A stretch of DNA of 64,000 bases from contig JBHGNT010000014.1 in assembly GCA_043228905.1 (NCBI GenBank), positions 5,084,001 through 5,148,000 of the forward strand. The letters run 5' to 3'. Within the stretch, counting starts at the first letter, position 1; every line of letters starts with the position of its first letter. This DNA comes from Azolla caroliniana (lineage: Eukaryota; Plantae; Polypodiophyta). Shown in pieces: positions 1 through 12,899 of the stretch. The translations under genes and the position numbers were made by a program. The notes under the pieces were generated by a model, which saw nothing but the letters and a program-made list of their open reading frames with translations, made no database searches and was not told the origin of the DNA.

Positions 1-3000
1 TAAAAAAAATTCATCCTCATTTTCTATGAAATTAGGTTCGGTTTCTTCTCTTCTTTTAAAAATCTTTATTCTTTTCCCTGCAATCAACGTCTGTATCTCA
101 GTCCCATCCAACTTGTTCAAGGAGTAGGTAGCCTTATCAGTCACCTTCCGTACTTCGTAAGGCCCAAACTACTGTTTTGCGAACTTCCTCATTGTACTGT
201 ATTGGTTCTCGAGGCTACTGTCCAGTACTAACACCCAGTCTCCTTCTTGAATCTTTCATGGTCGTAATCTGTTTACTTTGTCAAATCTTGCTTTGTTCTT
301 TATTCGAGCTTCCTTCAATTTCTTAGCAGCCTTTTCTACAACTTCTGCTTGACATTGTAGTTGTTGGATACGAACAACTAGCAAGTCTTCTCTACTCATC
401 TCCGACTCCCATGGTAGCATTGCCCATGTAGCAATCTTCTCTTCAATCGGCATCACTGGCCTTTGTCCTGTCATGAGCTCTATCAGCATATATCCTGTCA
501 CCGAACTATGTGTGGTCCTATCCGCCCACAATGCATATGGCAAGACCTTCGGCCAATTACCTACTTTACCTTTGCATGTCTTTGCAAGTGCTTTAACTAT
601 CGGGCTATGACCTCTTTCTACCTTTCCATTTGCCTCAGGATTATATGATGTTGTCAATCTACATACTATATCCTCTAATATGAATTGACATACTACCGAC
701 GTGGTCTTCCTTCAACTTGATTTGTAAGGTCTTCTCTAGCAAGTACCAAGAACTTCTTTTGACCTGTCCCCATTGGCATTGCCACTATATCTACAATCCA
801 TTTGTAATATATAGTCGGCGAGTAGTTCGGGTGCAACTCATCTCTATGCTTAATGTTGGCGTAGATTTGACAGGTTGGGCATGTCTCGACAGATTTGACA
901 GGTTGGGCATGTAGAATCCTGGCCATCGGTATCTTTCCTTTATTTTGCTGAATGTTTCCCAGACTCCACGGTGTCCGGCCCACTCCTTGTCATGTAATTC
1001 CTTTTATATCTGTTCCCGCTGCACTTGGACACAAATAACCCGTTGTGGACTTCCCATTTTACACTTTGGGCGCTTCCAAAGGTAACCTTGATGCAAGAAA
1101 AATCGGTGTGCCTTCTTTCAGAAATTTGAGAAGTTTCTCCCACTCAAAGTTCCTTCCTTCCATGGTGCTTGTAGATACTTCCCGATTTCCTTAAACTCTT
1201 CATTATATTCTTCTTCTTTAAACTCATGTTCTTCATGTGGCTCACCCCCTCTAATTGCATTTATGGCTAAAGCTGATTCTTCTTCGTCACTATCTGATTC
1301 TGCCACTTCCTCATTTTCGTATTTCGCTCTAGACAACATATCAGCTATTGCGTTCTTCTCACCAGATATATGTCGAACTTCTGGGTTGATGGTTTTGATG
1401 TAGACACACACCACCTAAGCATTGCTTGGTTTGGAATATTGCAATTTGCAATAATCCCAAGAATTGGCAAGCAATCAGTCTCCACGATCACCTCTACACC
1501 AACTAGATAGTCCCTATCCGTCTTGATAGCGATGACTATCCCCCAAAGCTCTCTCTTCACTTGTGCATACTTTTTTTGACGTACACTAAGTACCTTCGCA
1601 CCAAACCGAATCAGATGTCTTTCTCCTTCCTTATCTTGTTGGCTTATCACCCACCCGATTCCAATTGCACTTGAATCAACTGTAAGGATTATCGGTAGGG
1701 TGTAGTAAGGTTGTTTCAAAGCAGGAGCTTTCGTCAAATTCTCCTTCAGGCTTATAATTTCATTTGAGTGTTCTTCTGTCCACTCGGATCTGATACGTGG
1801 GCATAATGTGGAATCCACTTGCAATAGAAGACACATGCACCCAAGAACCTCCGAACTTCAGATACAGAGTTGCATTCCTCTTTCATATTCTGTATTGCAT
1901 TAATCTTCGCTGGTGCTGGCTTGGTTTTGTATGGCCCACACATATTTCCTACCACTAGTACTTCTTAAACCCCGAATATTGATTTTGGAGCCGAAAGTGT
2001 TAGGTGTACCTCTAGTCTAGTCTTGAAAGCACTTTATCACAATCTTCTATGTGATCTCGGACAAACTTCCGACATCTACCACTATCCAATTCTTCATTCT
2101 TCATTCTTTCCTCACATCCTTCAATGGGTATATCATCCAAGAAAGGCATGGTTATGTGGAATAAAATCTCGGAGAACTTTGTGCATACCATTCATCATGT
2201 GAGAGATCGAGTTGGTTGCACCTTGAGGTAGGGTACACATCTGAAGTAATCCACTAGGAGTCCTAATCGAGGTGATATCTCGACTACCGACCGCAAGCTG
2301 GAACTGGTCGTAGCCGGAGTAGAGATCACACATGGAGTAGCTTTCAGCAAACATCTCTGCAAACTCATCTACTATCGGCCCCACTCCTGAATTCCGGATA
2401 GTAACTTGATTCATACGTTGCATGGCTTGAATGAATCGAAGCCGCCCATCCTTCTTTTGCACCGTAAACCATCTACTCGAGTATGGAGCGTTTGATGGTT
2501 CCAAGATGTCCATCTTCACTCTCTCTTTTAGAAGCTCGATTAGTTACGGTATCCTTGCTCTTGGTATTGGGATTGACTTTAGATTCCATGGAATGTGTGG
2601 GATCGTGAAGATGACCATTGGTTCAACTACTTTCGGATCCACACATCCAATTTCTTCAGGGTTGAAGGAGAATGCTTTCCCGTGCCGCCCTAGCATTTTT
2701 CTAAATTATGCTTCCTCCATAGGCGTTAGGAAGTCCCCCCTCCAATTCTTAGTTGTTTAATCATTTCTTTTGTGAATTTGTGCCCAATTCTCTTTGGATC
2801 CTGAAGAATTGGCTCGGTTGACACCTCCTTCATTATCTTTTCACTGTCTTCTAGAAGCGGTGTTGCTGCTGCCCGGACCTTCTTCTCCACTGTTTTGTAC
2901 TTTGTGTTTATTCGAGCTTCTTCATTTTGAAGATACTCCTTGATGGTTTTGAACATCTCAATGGAGTTTACCATAACTTCAACTTCATGATCTTCCGTCA

Positions 3001-4251
3001 CTAGAGACTCTAACTCTCCTACTGTATCTTTAAAACAATATTCTTCAAATATATTCACTAATTTTTCTTTTTCTATTTTTAGGAATTTATTTCCTTTGAA
3101 ATCTTCTATTATAGTTGCGCCATCTACTGATGCAACATATAATTTACATTTATCTTCAATGCTATGAATGGGGCTTCTTACCTCCCTGAGGCCATCACAA
3201 CCCCTTTTTGTAAGGGTCCACTCTAGAAATCTTGTACGAAATCCCCCACATCTCATAGTGGATGATCCCGAAGATACTCCTTATTCCTTTCATGATTTGG
3301 TCGAATAGTAAGGAACTATACCGACCTCTTCCCATCCTTGCTTTGAATCCTAGCAAATGCCGCTCTGTTATCAAGCACTTTAGTCTCCATTCGTACTATT
3401 GTGATGTACGGTTGCCTCAGGATTACCGGATAAAATGACTTCTCCTGGATGAAGAAGTTTTGATCTACTAACACATCCCCAATTGTAACTTTAATATTTG
3501 GGCATGCGCCACATAAATCCTCCACGACCTCGGTTGCTGCTCTCACCTTCCACCCGTGGTTTCTCTCTATTGGCCATCTCCCGCGATTGTAGAAATCAGA
3601 TCATATGATGTTAATCTCGGAGCCGTGGTCGATGAGTGCCACGCACGGTTCCATTTGATCACCAATTCTGACTGGAGCGTCAGTTGTCGCCCGAGCCTAG
3701 TGCATGCGGGTGTAATGGCTTCTTTCCTCTCCATGATTACACTGTATGTCAGCACTCCGTACCCAGGCTAACAATGCAGTCTCCATATCTTCATCTTCCT
3801 CCTATATCATGACGTCATTTACACCACCCATTTCTTCAACCACTTGTCTTTTTCTCCGGATCACATCGATGATCGCTTCATGAAATTCCTTCTTCGCGAT
3901 CCCTGGTACTTCTCGTAGTGTTAACTCGACTTTATTATCGAGAATCCTAAATTTGAGCACATGCTTTAGGTTGGTGGATGTTTCTATGTCAGAGGCGAGT
4001 TTGAATGACAAGGTGACCTTCTGATTACCCTCGTCTTCTTTCATTGCCTCCACAGCAGCTCGTTCCGTTTCCCATTTCTTTTGCTCTCGGGTCTTAGGTT
4101 TTCTTGAAGGTCCCACTTCTTCAGTTCTCCTTCTCTTTTCTTCGATTGTCACTTCGTGGGCATTCACCCCTACTATCTTTGTGATTGTTGTGAATGAATC
4201 TACTGGGTCATCCCACCTAGTACTATTCCTAATTTTGTCGCCGGCCTTTCG

Positions 4252-4802
4252 TAAGTCCTATGGTTGGGACTCTTTTGTCAGTAACAGACTTTATCACTTT
4301 TCCCCAGAATCCTGATCCAATATGGGGATCATCGACCTTCAATCCGGAGGTAGTCGAAAAGTACATTGCTTGAACATTCTTCGACTCTTTGTCCTCCATC
4401 ATTTTCTTCATCCCACCTTTGTCGAAGTTGGTTTTTAGGGGTTGTTGGGTCTTCGACGAGTGGATTCTCCCATTTTGATAGAAGATAGTGTTTCTTTCTA
4501 ATGCTTCCTTATGGCTCTTTCTAATGCTTCCTTTCATAAGTCCTGTGGTTGGACTCTTTTGTTTGTAGCAGACTTTATCACTTTTCCCCAGAATCCTGAT
4601 CCAATATGGGGATCATTGACCTTCAATCCGGAGGTAGTCGAAAAGTACATTGCCTGAACATTCTTTGACTCTTTGTCCTCCATCATTTTCTTCATCCCAC
4701 CTTTTCCAAAGTTGGTTTTTAGGGGTTGTTGGGTCTCCGACGAGTGGGTTCTCCCATTTTGATAGAAGATAGTGTTTCTTTCTAATGTTTCCTTATGGCT
4801 CT
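4252..4802. repeat. ~285-bp tandem duplication inside gypsy gag/pro
   Basis: 4252-4518 is repeated at 4537-4802 with scattered substitutions. Confidence 0.9.
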
Positions 4803-5800
4803 AGCAATCCCTTTTTTGGTGCTCTGTGCTATCGCACCATATGCATCAGCGAACGAATTCTCCCTTTTCCCCTTCATTGGGATTTTGTCTTACACTTGAG
4901 CTTCCACCCTTCTCAAGCTTTATGAACTTGAGGTGTAAATCTTGCATTCCCATTATCAGATCATCGATCGCGGACTCTGGCTCCTTTCCCTTGCAAACAT
5001 CCGTTCGGGTTCTTGATTCTTGTTTTGGATGTTCTTTGGTTGTTGTCTTTATTCTGTTGTCATAGCCATCCTCCATCCATAGTGCTCTCCTTCGTAGTAC
5101 TCGACAAGCCTCGGGTACCTCCGCCCAATCGGACACCAAACCAGTTGTGCTTGTCCGGTCTTCTAGAAGGATAGTGATATCTTTTCTAAAATATTGATCT
5201 ACAGCTTGGACAAATAAATCCACCTTTTCTGACTGTAATAGTTCTTGGTCTTTTACTGAGAGCTCATTATATCTTTTCCCGAACTCCCTCAACAACTTTG
5301 AGACTGAGAGTCCTTTACCCCCTTTCTTGGTCCATTCGGGAAAGCTTTTCTTTGACATTCGGGTCCGATCTTCTACCATATATTCATCAAGAAATGCTTG
5401 AAGAAACCCGGCCAATCTTCACGAAATTTCTCCGATAATTCCGTTACCCTTGCTCGGACATCAAGTGTGCACACCGGTTAATATGTTACACTATTTGTAC
5501 TCTGGTTGCCCCTCTACTGGCCATCTTGTATATCATAGACCTCGAGGAACCGAGTGACGTCCTCACCATTAACTTTGCTTATCCTCTCAATGATCGTTTA
5601 TACGGCGAGTGTTAACTCACTTTCCATCCGATTCATCACACTTTGCTCTTGCAACATATGACTCATCATCGTCATCATGAAACTTGCCATATCTTCATTG
5701 AAGCCCTTATTTGCCATTTTCTTTGATTTTCCGCCATTTTCTTTGATTTTCGAACCTCTTTGGAAAACTTTAGCTCCGAAACTCTCCTTGTCATCGACAC

Positions 5801-5818
5801 TTCACATCGGGTTCACCA
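5801..5818 (-). promoter_or_regulatory. Primer-binding site complementary to tRNA-Trp 3' end
   Basis: Minus strand reads TGGTGAACCCGATGTGAA, 1 mismatch to the complement of plant tRNA-Trp as recalled (…TTCACGTCGGGTTCACCA); lies 6 nt inside the LTR edge. Confidence 0.8.
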
Positions 5819-5824
5819 AATTTA

Positions 5825-6730
5825 TGTCGTAAAGATTGTGGTTATGTGTTGCAACTACTGGGGATGATCGTGTGGATGGTGCAATGACAAGAAGCTGAGA
5901 AAGCAAGATTGATGCGACGTTGTCACGAAAAGAACTTTATTTGTAAAACACCACTTACAATATTTATTTGCCAAAAGTTTCTTAGCAAGACTTGAACTCA
6001 TGACCTCTATTTGAGAAAAAGAATTATGAGATAGACAACTTCAACTTATTTCATTTCCATTCATTTAAGTCTCTTTCTCCTTATTTATATATACCAAATT
6101 TATATTACAAAATTTGTTTACTAAAAAATCGTTGTTCTGAGAGGAATCAATCTCACAAATGTTTGTTTGCAAGGAGCCATTTAAGATACACCAGTTCAAC
6201 TTCTCAATTTTCTTGTTTCATCTCTCTTTTCTTTACTATTTCTCTTCTGTTCATCAGGCCCCTAGCTTCATGAGCGACCTCTACATCTCTTCTTCTTGCG
6301 AGCTTCCTCCCTCCCTCCCTCCCTCCCTCCCTCCTCTCCCTCCTTCTCCTCTTCCTTTTTCCCGCTCTACCCTTTCTCTTTAGCCACCATGGGAGTGGCT
6401 TTTATAGGGTGGTCAACCACCCTACCACCCACTTGAGGCGGTTGACAGACCGCCTCATGTAGGTGGTTATTGTTATTATTATTTATTTATAAATTCTACA
6501 AATTCGATTTTGTAGTTGTACATTTGAGAAATTACAAAAATGGCCCTTATTTAATTTCGAATCCCCCTTTTTACATAATTACATTTGTGTCCCGAGTTGC
6601 ATTAGTCCTTCTGAAGCTTGTATCTTGGGGTTTTGAACTTCGATTCACGAATTGAAAATGCCTACATGCTCCTCATCATAAGCTCCAGATGAGAAATGTA
6701 CTTCTATAGATTTTTGACATTGTTTTGACA
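5825..6730 (-). repeat. 5' LTR of the tRNA-Trp-primed gypsy (outer boundary uncertain)
   Basis: Begins TGTCGTAAAGAT next to the PBS; reverse TATA (TTTTATAGG) at ~6400; right end only tentatively at …TTTTGACA. Confidence 0.55.
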
Positions 6731-6744
6731 TTGTGAAGCAACAA

Positions 6745-7375
6745 CTTCATGACAACGTGAATAAGAAACTATTAGATGGTGGGTCTAAGTTTTCTAGTGA
6801 TTGGATTAATGTGTGGGAGTCTTTTAGATATTGTGGTTGGTGAAGGAGGATTTGTAGAAGTTGGTGGTGTAACCACTTTGATGTTTGTTCAAATAAGGAG
6901 TTATTATATGAACAAATGGGTCGAAAACCCATAGGTGTTTTGTGTAATTTAGGGAGGAACTAGAGGTTGGATACTTGATATTCCTTTTTGGGTTTGTGGA
7001 GGAAGAAATTGGTTTCAGTTAGCGAAAATGTGCGTAAGTGTTTTGTTATTATGTTATTGAGGCAGTATAGTAACTCTTCCTAGGGGTGGTAGAATTTGAG
7101 AGGTGTTCTATGGGTTTGGTGTAGTATGTGTCTTTATCTAGGACACATACTCCCATATTTTTATCAGTTGGGAGGATGATAATGTGTTTATTGTTTTGGA
7201 GGCATTTTAAGGCTCTAGAGAGGTGGTATGGGATTCTATTGTTGTGTTTTTCTATGATGGACACTAGGGGTGGATATTCTATTGGTGGCATCCAACTAGG
7301 GTTAGGTAGTTTGACGGGGTTGAGAGGAAGTGAAGTTGTATCTCTAAAAAAATGTTTTAGCTTGAGGGATCTATA
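6745..7375 (-). mobile_element. Penelope-like element (PLE) reverse transcriptase fragment
   Basis: Reconstructed motifs NPSWMPP, IIILPTDKNMGVCVLDK, L*FLPKLHKTPMGFRPICS and YLKDSHTLIQSL are typical of the PLE RT N-terminal half. Confidence 0.78.
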
Positions 7376-7377
7376 GA

Positions 7378-10300
7378 GATGGCGAGCTCACTTTTGACTG
7401 AGAAGCTCGATAGGAACAACTATGTATCTTGGTCATACAAGATGCACCAGTACTTGTTGCGGCATGGTTAATGGAGTTATGTCGAAGGAGTGAGTGAAGT
7501 AGCGTCGTAGCCGACACACAAGGACTTCTCGGCGTGGGAACAAGGAGCAAGCAGAGTGTTGTACTACCCCGTGTCCTGTGTGCAAGATCAGATGCTCGAC
7601 TACATCAGAGACGCAAAGTTGTCGAAGGAGGCCAGGGAAAATCTCAAAAAGATTTTCACTACCAGTACCACAACCCAGAGGTTGAAGCTCCAACAAGAGC
7701 TCAACAACAGCTTGCGGAGAGACATGTCAGTTACATAATATACCACCAAGATAAAGGAGATCTGCGACGCACTCAAGTTCATCAACATGCCTATCCAAAC
7801 GAGATGGTGAAAATTTGCCCCGGTGGTCTAGCGAAGAGATGTGCCTATCCAAACAACGATTTGCACTTGAGAGAAACCATCGTCCTCCCCTGACTTGCAA
7901 TCAATGCTAATGGTGGAAGAAAACCACATGAGTGGGTCGACGACCACTCAACTGGACAAATGGATGTTGTACACATAGGCGGATCAGCCCCATGGGCGTA
8001 GTAGACAATGTGGGTCAGTACGCAACAATGGTGGCCAAGAAGAGCATAATCGGAGGCACGAAGATAGTGCTGAAAACAGTTTCGGACCCTCCCGACAGGG
8101 GGAGTGAAGACGGTGCCAGGAACCGTCAATCGAAAACCGATATAGAAGGCTAGTATTGTGAACTCGTTGAAGAAGACCACTTCCAAATCAGAGGAAGTGT
8201 GGTATGTTGACTCTAGTGCGTCGAACCACATGACGAGCCATGAAGAGTGGTTCTCATATTAGGAAAAGCCGGAGCAACCGGGTGTTGTCGAAATCGGAGA
8301 CGACACTCCTCATCCGATTGAGCATGTCGGAGAAGTCCCTTTGAGTCATGTCGGACTAAAGGAAAAGTTGATGAATGTTTTACATGTTCCAAAAATCACG
8401 AAGAACCTAGTGTTGGTTGGACAGATCGTCGACGAGGGGATGCAGGTGCGGTTTACGGACCTCGGGTACTTCATTGAGGAAGAGGACCGGATCATCACGC
8501 AAGGGCGTCAAGATGGGAGGATGTCTAACCTCGACACCAACGATGCATGCACCACATTGTTCGCAAAAGGATAGAAATTTGAGTCGTATATCGACTTGTG
8601 TCACAAGAGGATCAGCCACAATAATTATCGAAGGCTTCAGAACCTACAGTTGAAACAAGTCGTGTTTGGACTGCTGAAATCCAGTGGTTGGAAGGCCCAT
8701 ATTGTGAAGCCTGCCAATTTGGGAAGCAACACCGGCTTCCATTCCTCACCAAAAGAAACCGGAGCTGTAACAAGCTCAACTTAATACATTCAGACATATG
8801 GGGACTGACATAGAACGTTAGTCTTGGCGGGAACCGATATTTTGTCTCCTTCATCGACGACTATAGCCGACACACATGGATCTCCCTAATAAAAAAGAAA
8901 AGCAAAGTTTTCGATTGTTTCCGGAACTTACAGAATTTAGTCGAATAGGAAACGGAGAGGAAGATCAAGTGCTTGCGGTCGAATGGCGGAAAAGAATTCA
9001 GTTGTAGATACACACTAGAACAAAACGGTGTGGCCGAAAGGAAGCACCAATCTATTGTGGAGGCGGCACGGGTGATGCTAGAAGAGAAGAGCATGCCCAA
9101 GTTCTACTGGGCCGAAGCAGTTTGGACGACTGTCTACATAGAGGTCCGAACAGCCTTCTACATCCAAAACCAGATCAGGGAGAAGGTGTTAGCACAGGAG
9201 TTGTATTTCAGGCGGGAGTCGAATTTAAGACACCTTGTGGTATTTGGTAGCATAGCCTTTTTGCATGTACCAGATGAGAAGAGGAGAAAGGTGGACCCAA
9301 AGTTGGCTACTCTTATGAGCAAAAGGGGTATAAGTGCTCCAACCCCCGGACAAAGAGAACCTGAGTAAGTCACGATGTCAAATTTGACGAATCGGCATCC
9401 TGGTACTCTCTACCGACTCTGCCTCCCGACTCCGACCACTCGATTCCGGAAGATGAGGCCAGTGAGCCCGAAACAATCCGAGCAGAAGAGGAAGAAGAGT
9501 TCGGTACTCTAGATGAGAGTCTGATCTCATTTCGGCTGAGCGGGGCGAACAAGCGACTAAGTCGGAACGACCAGTCAGATGAAGAGCCGGTGAGTAGTGG
9601 AGACTCAACCGGGTTGTCCCTGTGCAAGGAACTGAGGAGACGGTTCACACGCAAAGAGAAGGGGAAGAAGACGATGCCGGAATATGGCACCGGTAGAGAT
9701 GAGTCGGATCGGAATGAATCCGACTCTGGAAAGAACGAAGATGGACCTTTGGGAACGAAGTCTGAGTCGGCCAAGAGGGCCTTGAAATCGGCTAATGAGA
9801 AATTACGCCAATGGACTCGCCAAAACAACTCCGTAAAACGGTACGACTATAGTGAGTACATGGCGCATCACTATGCGTACATGAAAAACGTGGCGGTAGT
9901 ACGTGAGCCGAAGAGCTATGGAGAAGCGGCCAAGGACGCAAATTGGCGTGCTGCTATGGAGGAAGAAATGCAGGCACTTGATATCAACGACACATGGAAC
10001 CTGGTTGACCCTCCCCAACATTGCAAACCGATTGGTTGCAAGTGGGTATAGAAGGTAAAGTACTACGCCGACGGTTCGGTCAACCGGTACAAGGCCCGAT
10101 TAGTTGCCAAAGGATATGCACAGACCTACGGAATCGACTATGACGAGACCTTTGCTTCGGAAGCAAAGATGACAACGGTTTGTGTGGTGCTAGCGGTTGT
10201 TGCGGTGAGGGGGTGGCATCTTCACCAAATGGACGTGAAGAATTAGTTTCTTCAAGGTGACCTTGGAGAACAGGTCTACATGATCCAACTCCCCGGTTTT

Positions 10301-12333
10301 CAATCGGAGATGAACAAGTCGGCAGTCTACCGACTCAAGAAGTTTTTTTACGGCCTAAATCAAGTTCTCCATGCTTGGAATTCGAAAATCACGAACCGAT
10401 TGCGTAAGTTGGGGTTTACGGCCTCCAAGTCCAAGTCCTTGTTGTTCATTTGGAGAGGCCCAAAAGGTCTAGTATGTATCAGATTCTTGTTATATGTGGA
10501 TGATCCAATCATCATTGAACCCAGACTCGCTAAAATCGGCTGAGTGAAGTCCCAACTGTTAGAGGCATTCGAAATGAAGGAATTGGGGGACCTTCATTGC
10601 TTCCTCAGGATCGAAGTGAACCATACCCCCGATGGCATATTGCTTTCACAACGATACTATGTGTTGAATATGTTGTACAAGTTCGGCATTATGTATTGCC
10701 GACTAGTCTCCACACCCTTGGATCAGAACCTTAAGCTTCGTCCTGACTCCGGACCGGTTTGCAACGAGAGATGGTTCCGAAAAATTGTCGAAAGCCTTAT
10801 TTACTTAACAATTACTCGACCCGACATCAGCTATCTGGTCGGACCGATCATGAAATTTATGCAGAGGCCGACCGTCGAGCCCCTTTAGTGCGTGCATAGA
10901 CTATTGAGGTATGTGAGCGGCACTAAGGATCATGGATTTTTATATCTACACGGTATAACGGAGCACATAGAAGTTGGCACGATCTACTACGACATGGATT
11001 TTTATATCCCGATCTACTATGACAACATGAGTAGCATGCTGCTGGCCAAGAACCTCGTGTTCCATGCTCGGACGAAGCACATAGAAGTTCATTATCAGTT
11101 TTTGCGCGAGCGGGTCCTCAACAGTGAATTCAAACTTCAGTGTGTTCAGACGGATCGGCAAGTTGCCGACATCTTCACCAAGACACTTGGTACCAACAAG
11201 CTGCAACATTTTTCGGAGATGCTTCGGAGATGCTTGTGGGGGAGAACCGATATTGATACGGGTAGAACTAGAACCAGAACAGAAACTGAGAAAATAGGTA
11301 ATGACACCGGACAAGCAGTCGGAGAGAAGGAAACCAAAACAGGGGGAGACAAGAAGAAGAAGGGGCCCGAGTCGACTAAAGAAGTCCTCACATCTGATCA
11401 AGTTAGAACAAGTGGCGACAGTGGTAGAGTGAAGAAGGACAGAGCCGACCAGAAGAATAAGGCCAAGATCTAGACATGGTCTGATGTTGTAAAGGGCCTA
11501 AAGATTGAAGACGAATTGGAGACAGCCAATTCATACAAGAGTTGGAACGAATTGGACGCACCCGATTTGGAGGAGCCGAATTAACTAAAGGCCAAACGGA
11601 TGAGAAAGCACTAGAAGTTGACATTGACATGGAGGAACTCACGGGTTGAGGAGCGCGAGCAAGGTGGGCAGACGCTAGGAGGAGCTAGAGGGAAGGACCG
11701 GCAGTCACTGAGACCACGATCCGACCTCAAGTTGAGCTTGAGGGGGGAGTGTTGAGCAAACAAGCGCAGTATCCGAAACGGAGAACTGGATGGGTATTCG
11801 GATCGATATCCGGAACCAAGAGCCGGATCGGGAGCAAGGTGGGCAGACGCTAGGAGGAGCTAGAGGGAAGGACCGGCAGTCACTGAGACCACGATCCGAC
11901 CTCAAGTTGAGCTTGAGGGGGGAGTGTTGAGCAAACAAGCGCAGTATCCGAAACGGAGAACTGGATGGGTATTCGGATCGATATCCGGAACCAAGAGCCG
12001 GATCGGATTGTAACCGGTAGGCTGTTAGAGCCCTACGATCCTAGCCTAGTACGTAGGCATATTTTTAGGAGTCAGTGTCAGTCGTTCATATGAGCATTGA
12101 AATACATGTTAGTACTTTTGTGAGTCCTTTTAAGGACTTGTATAAAAGTGTTGACTGAAAACATTAAATATGTACAAAGTGTTATTTTGAAATTGTTTTT
12201 ATGTTGTTCTGCTCTCTCTATCTCTCCCGTGTACTCTATGTGTAATTTAACCTTTCCATTAAACCTAGTTCTGGTTTTCTGTTGTTATCCGGCTAAGTCG
12301 GTTTGTCTAAGCTTCCGCACATTAACCTTCACA
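7378..12333 (+). mobile_element. Degenerate Ty1/copia family B (5' LTR missing)
   Basis: gag from 7378; protease WYVDSSASNHM ~8200; integrase EQNGVAERK; RT LLYVDD ~10490; RNase H HARTKHIEVHY; PPT TTGAGGGGGGAG; 3' LTR 11925-12333. Confidence 0.92.
11657..12006 (+). repeat. 175-bp tandem duplication spanning the PPT/3' LTR junction
   Basis: 11657-11831 appears identical to 11832-12006; two PPT+TGTTGAGC LTR starts (11750 and 11925). Confidence 0.93.
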
Positions 12334-12385
12334 CTAACTGACTTAGGGCAATTTCCCTTTATATTATTTACAAAGATAGCCTAAC

Positions 12386-12770
12386 TATTGAGAAGCAAGC
12401 TCAATAGGACCCGGATCGAAGAACCGGATCCGCGGGGAACCGGCAGGCCGTTAGAGGCCTAAGCTTCTAGCCAAGTATGCAGTTATATTCCTAGGAGTTA
12501 GTGTCAGCAGTTCAATTATGAGCATTGAAGTACTTGTCAGTACTTTTGGCCATCCTTTATGTACTTGTATAAATATGCTTACCGAGCACATTAGTATGTA
12601 CAGAGTGTTATTATTTTGAATCTGAGTTTTAGTCTTCTGCTCTTTCTGTCTTTCCTGGGTACTATGTTTTCTCTCCATTGTTTTTCTCTATTTTCTGTTG
12701 ATGTCCGGCTGAGCCGGTTGTGTCTGTTTCAGCTTCCAAATGGTATTAGAGCGAGGTTTCGATCCTCGGA
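12386..12770 (+). repeat. Copia-B-type LTR plus extended tRNA-iMet PBS
   Basis: Homologous to LTR 11925-12333; followed at 12741 by TGGTATTAGAGCGAGGTTTCGATCCTCGGA. Confidence 0.8.
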
Positions 12771-12899
12771 GACATGTTCGATGGGATGTGAGGTGTCATC
12801 ACTGGTTTCGACTACCCCCCTGTTGTTTAGGTTTCTCCAAATATAAGAGCCACTCTTTCGTGGTTCTTCATGTGGTTTGACGCTCCAGAATTGATATAT

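Larger units (their letters stand above)
1..5824 (-). mobile_element. Degenerate Ty3/gypsy LTR retrotransposon internal region (gag-PR-RT-RH-INT), 3' end outside window
   Basis: Fragmented minus-strand ORFs in gypsy order: gag 4846-5415; RT 2133-2519 (DLYSGYDQ, LPQGATNS, FLDD at ~2130-2145); RNase H 1345-1836 and 1118-1414 (TVDSS, ETDC, NAIADMLSR); integrase 256-657 (YNPEANGKVER). Many stops and frameshifts. Confidence 0.92.

Noticed and set aside
864-912. 27-bp local duplication (similar ones at ~16870 and ~38096)
   Set aside because: Ordinary slippage in decaying sequence.
12334-12385. CTAAC after one LTR and before the next, suggesting a TSD
   Set aside because: Wrong topology for a TSD; may be chance or an unresolved rearrangement.
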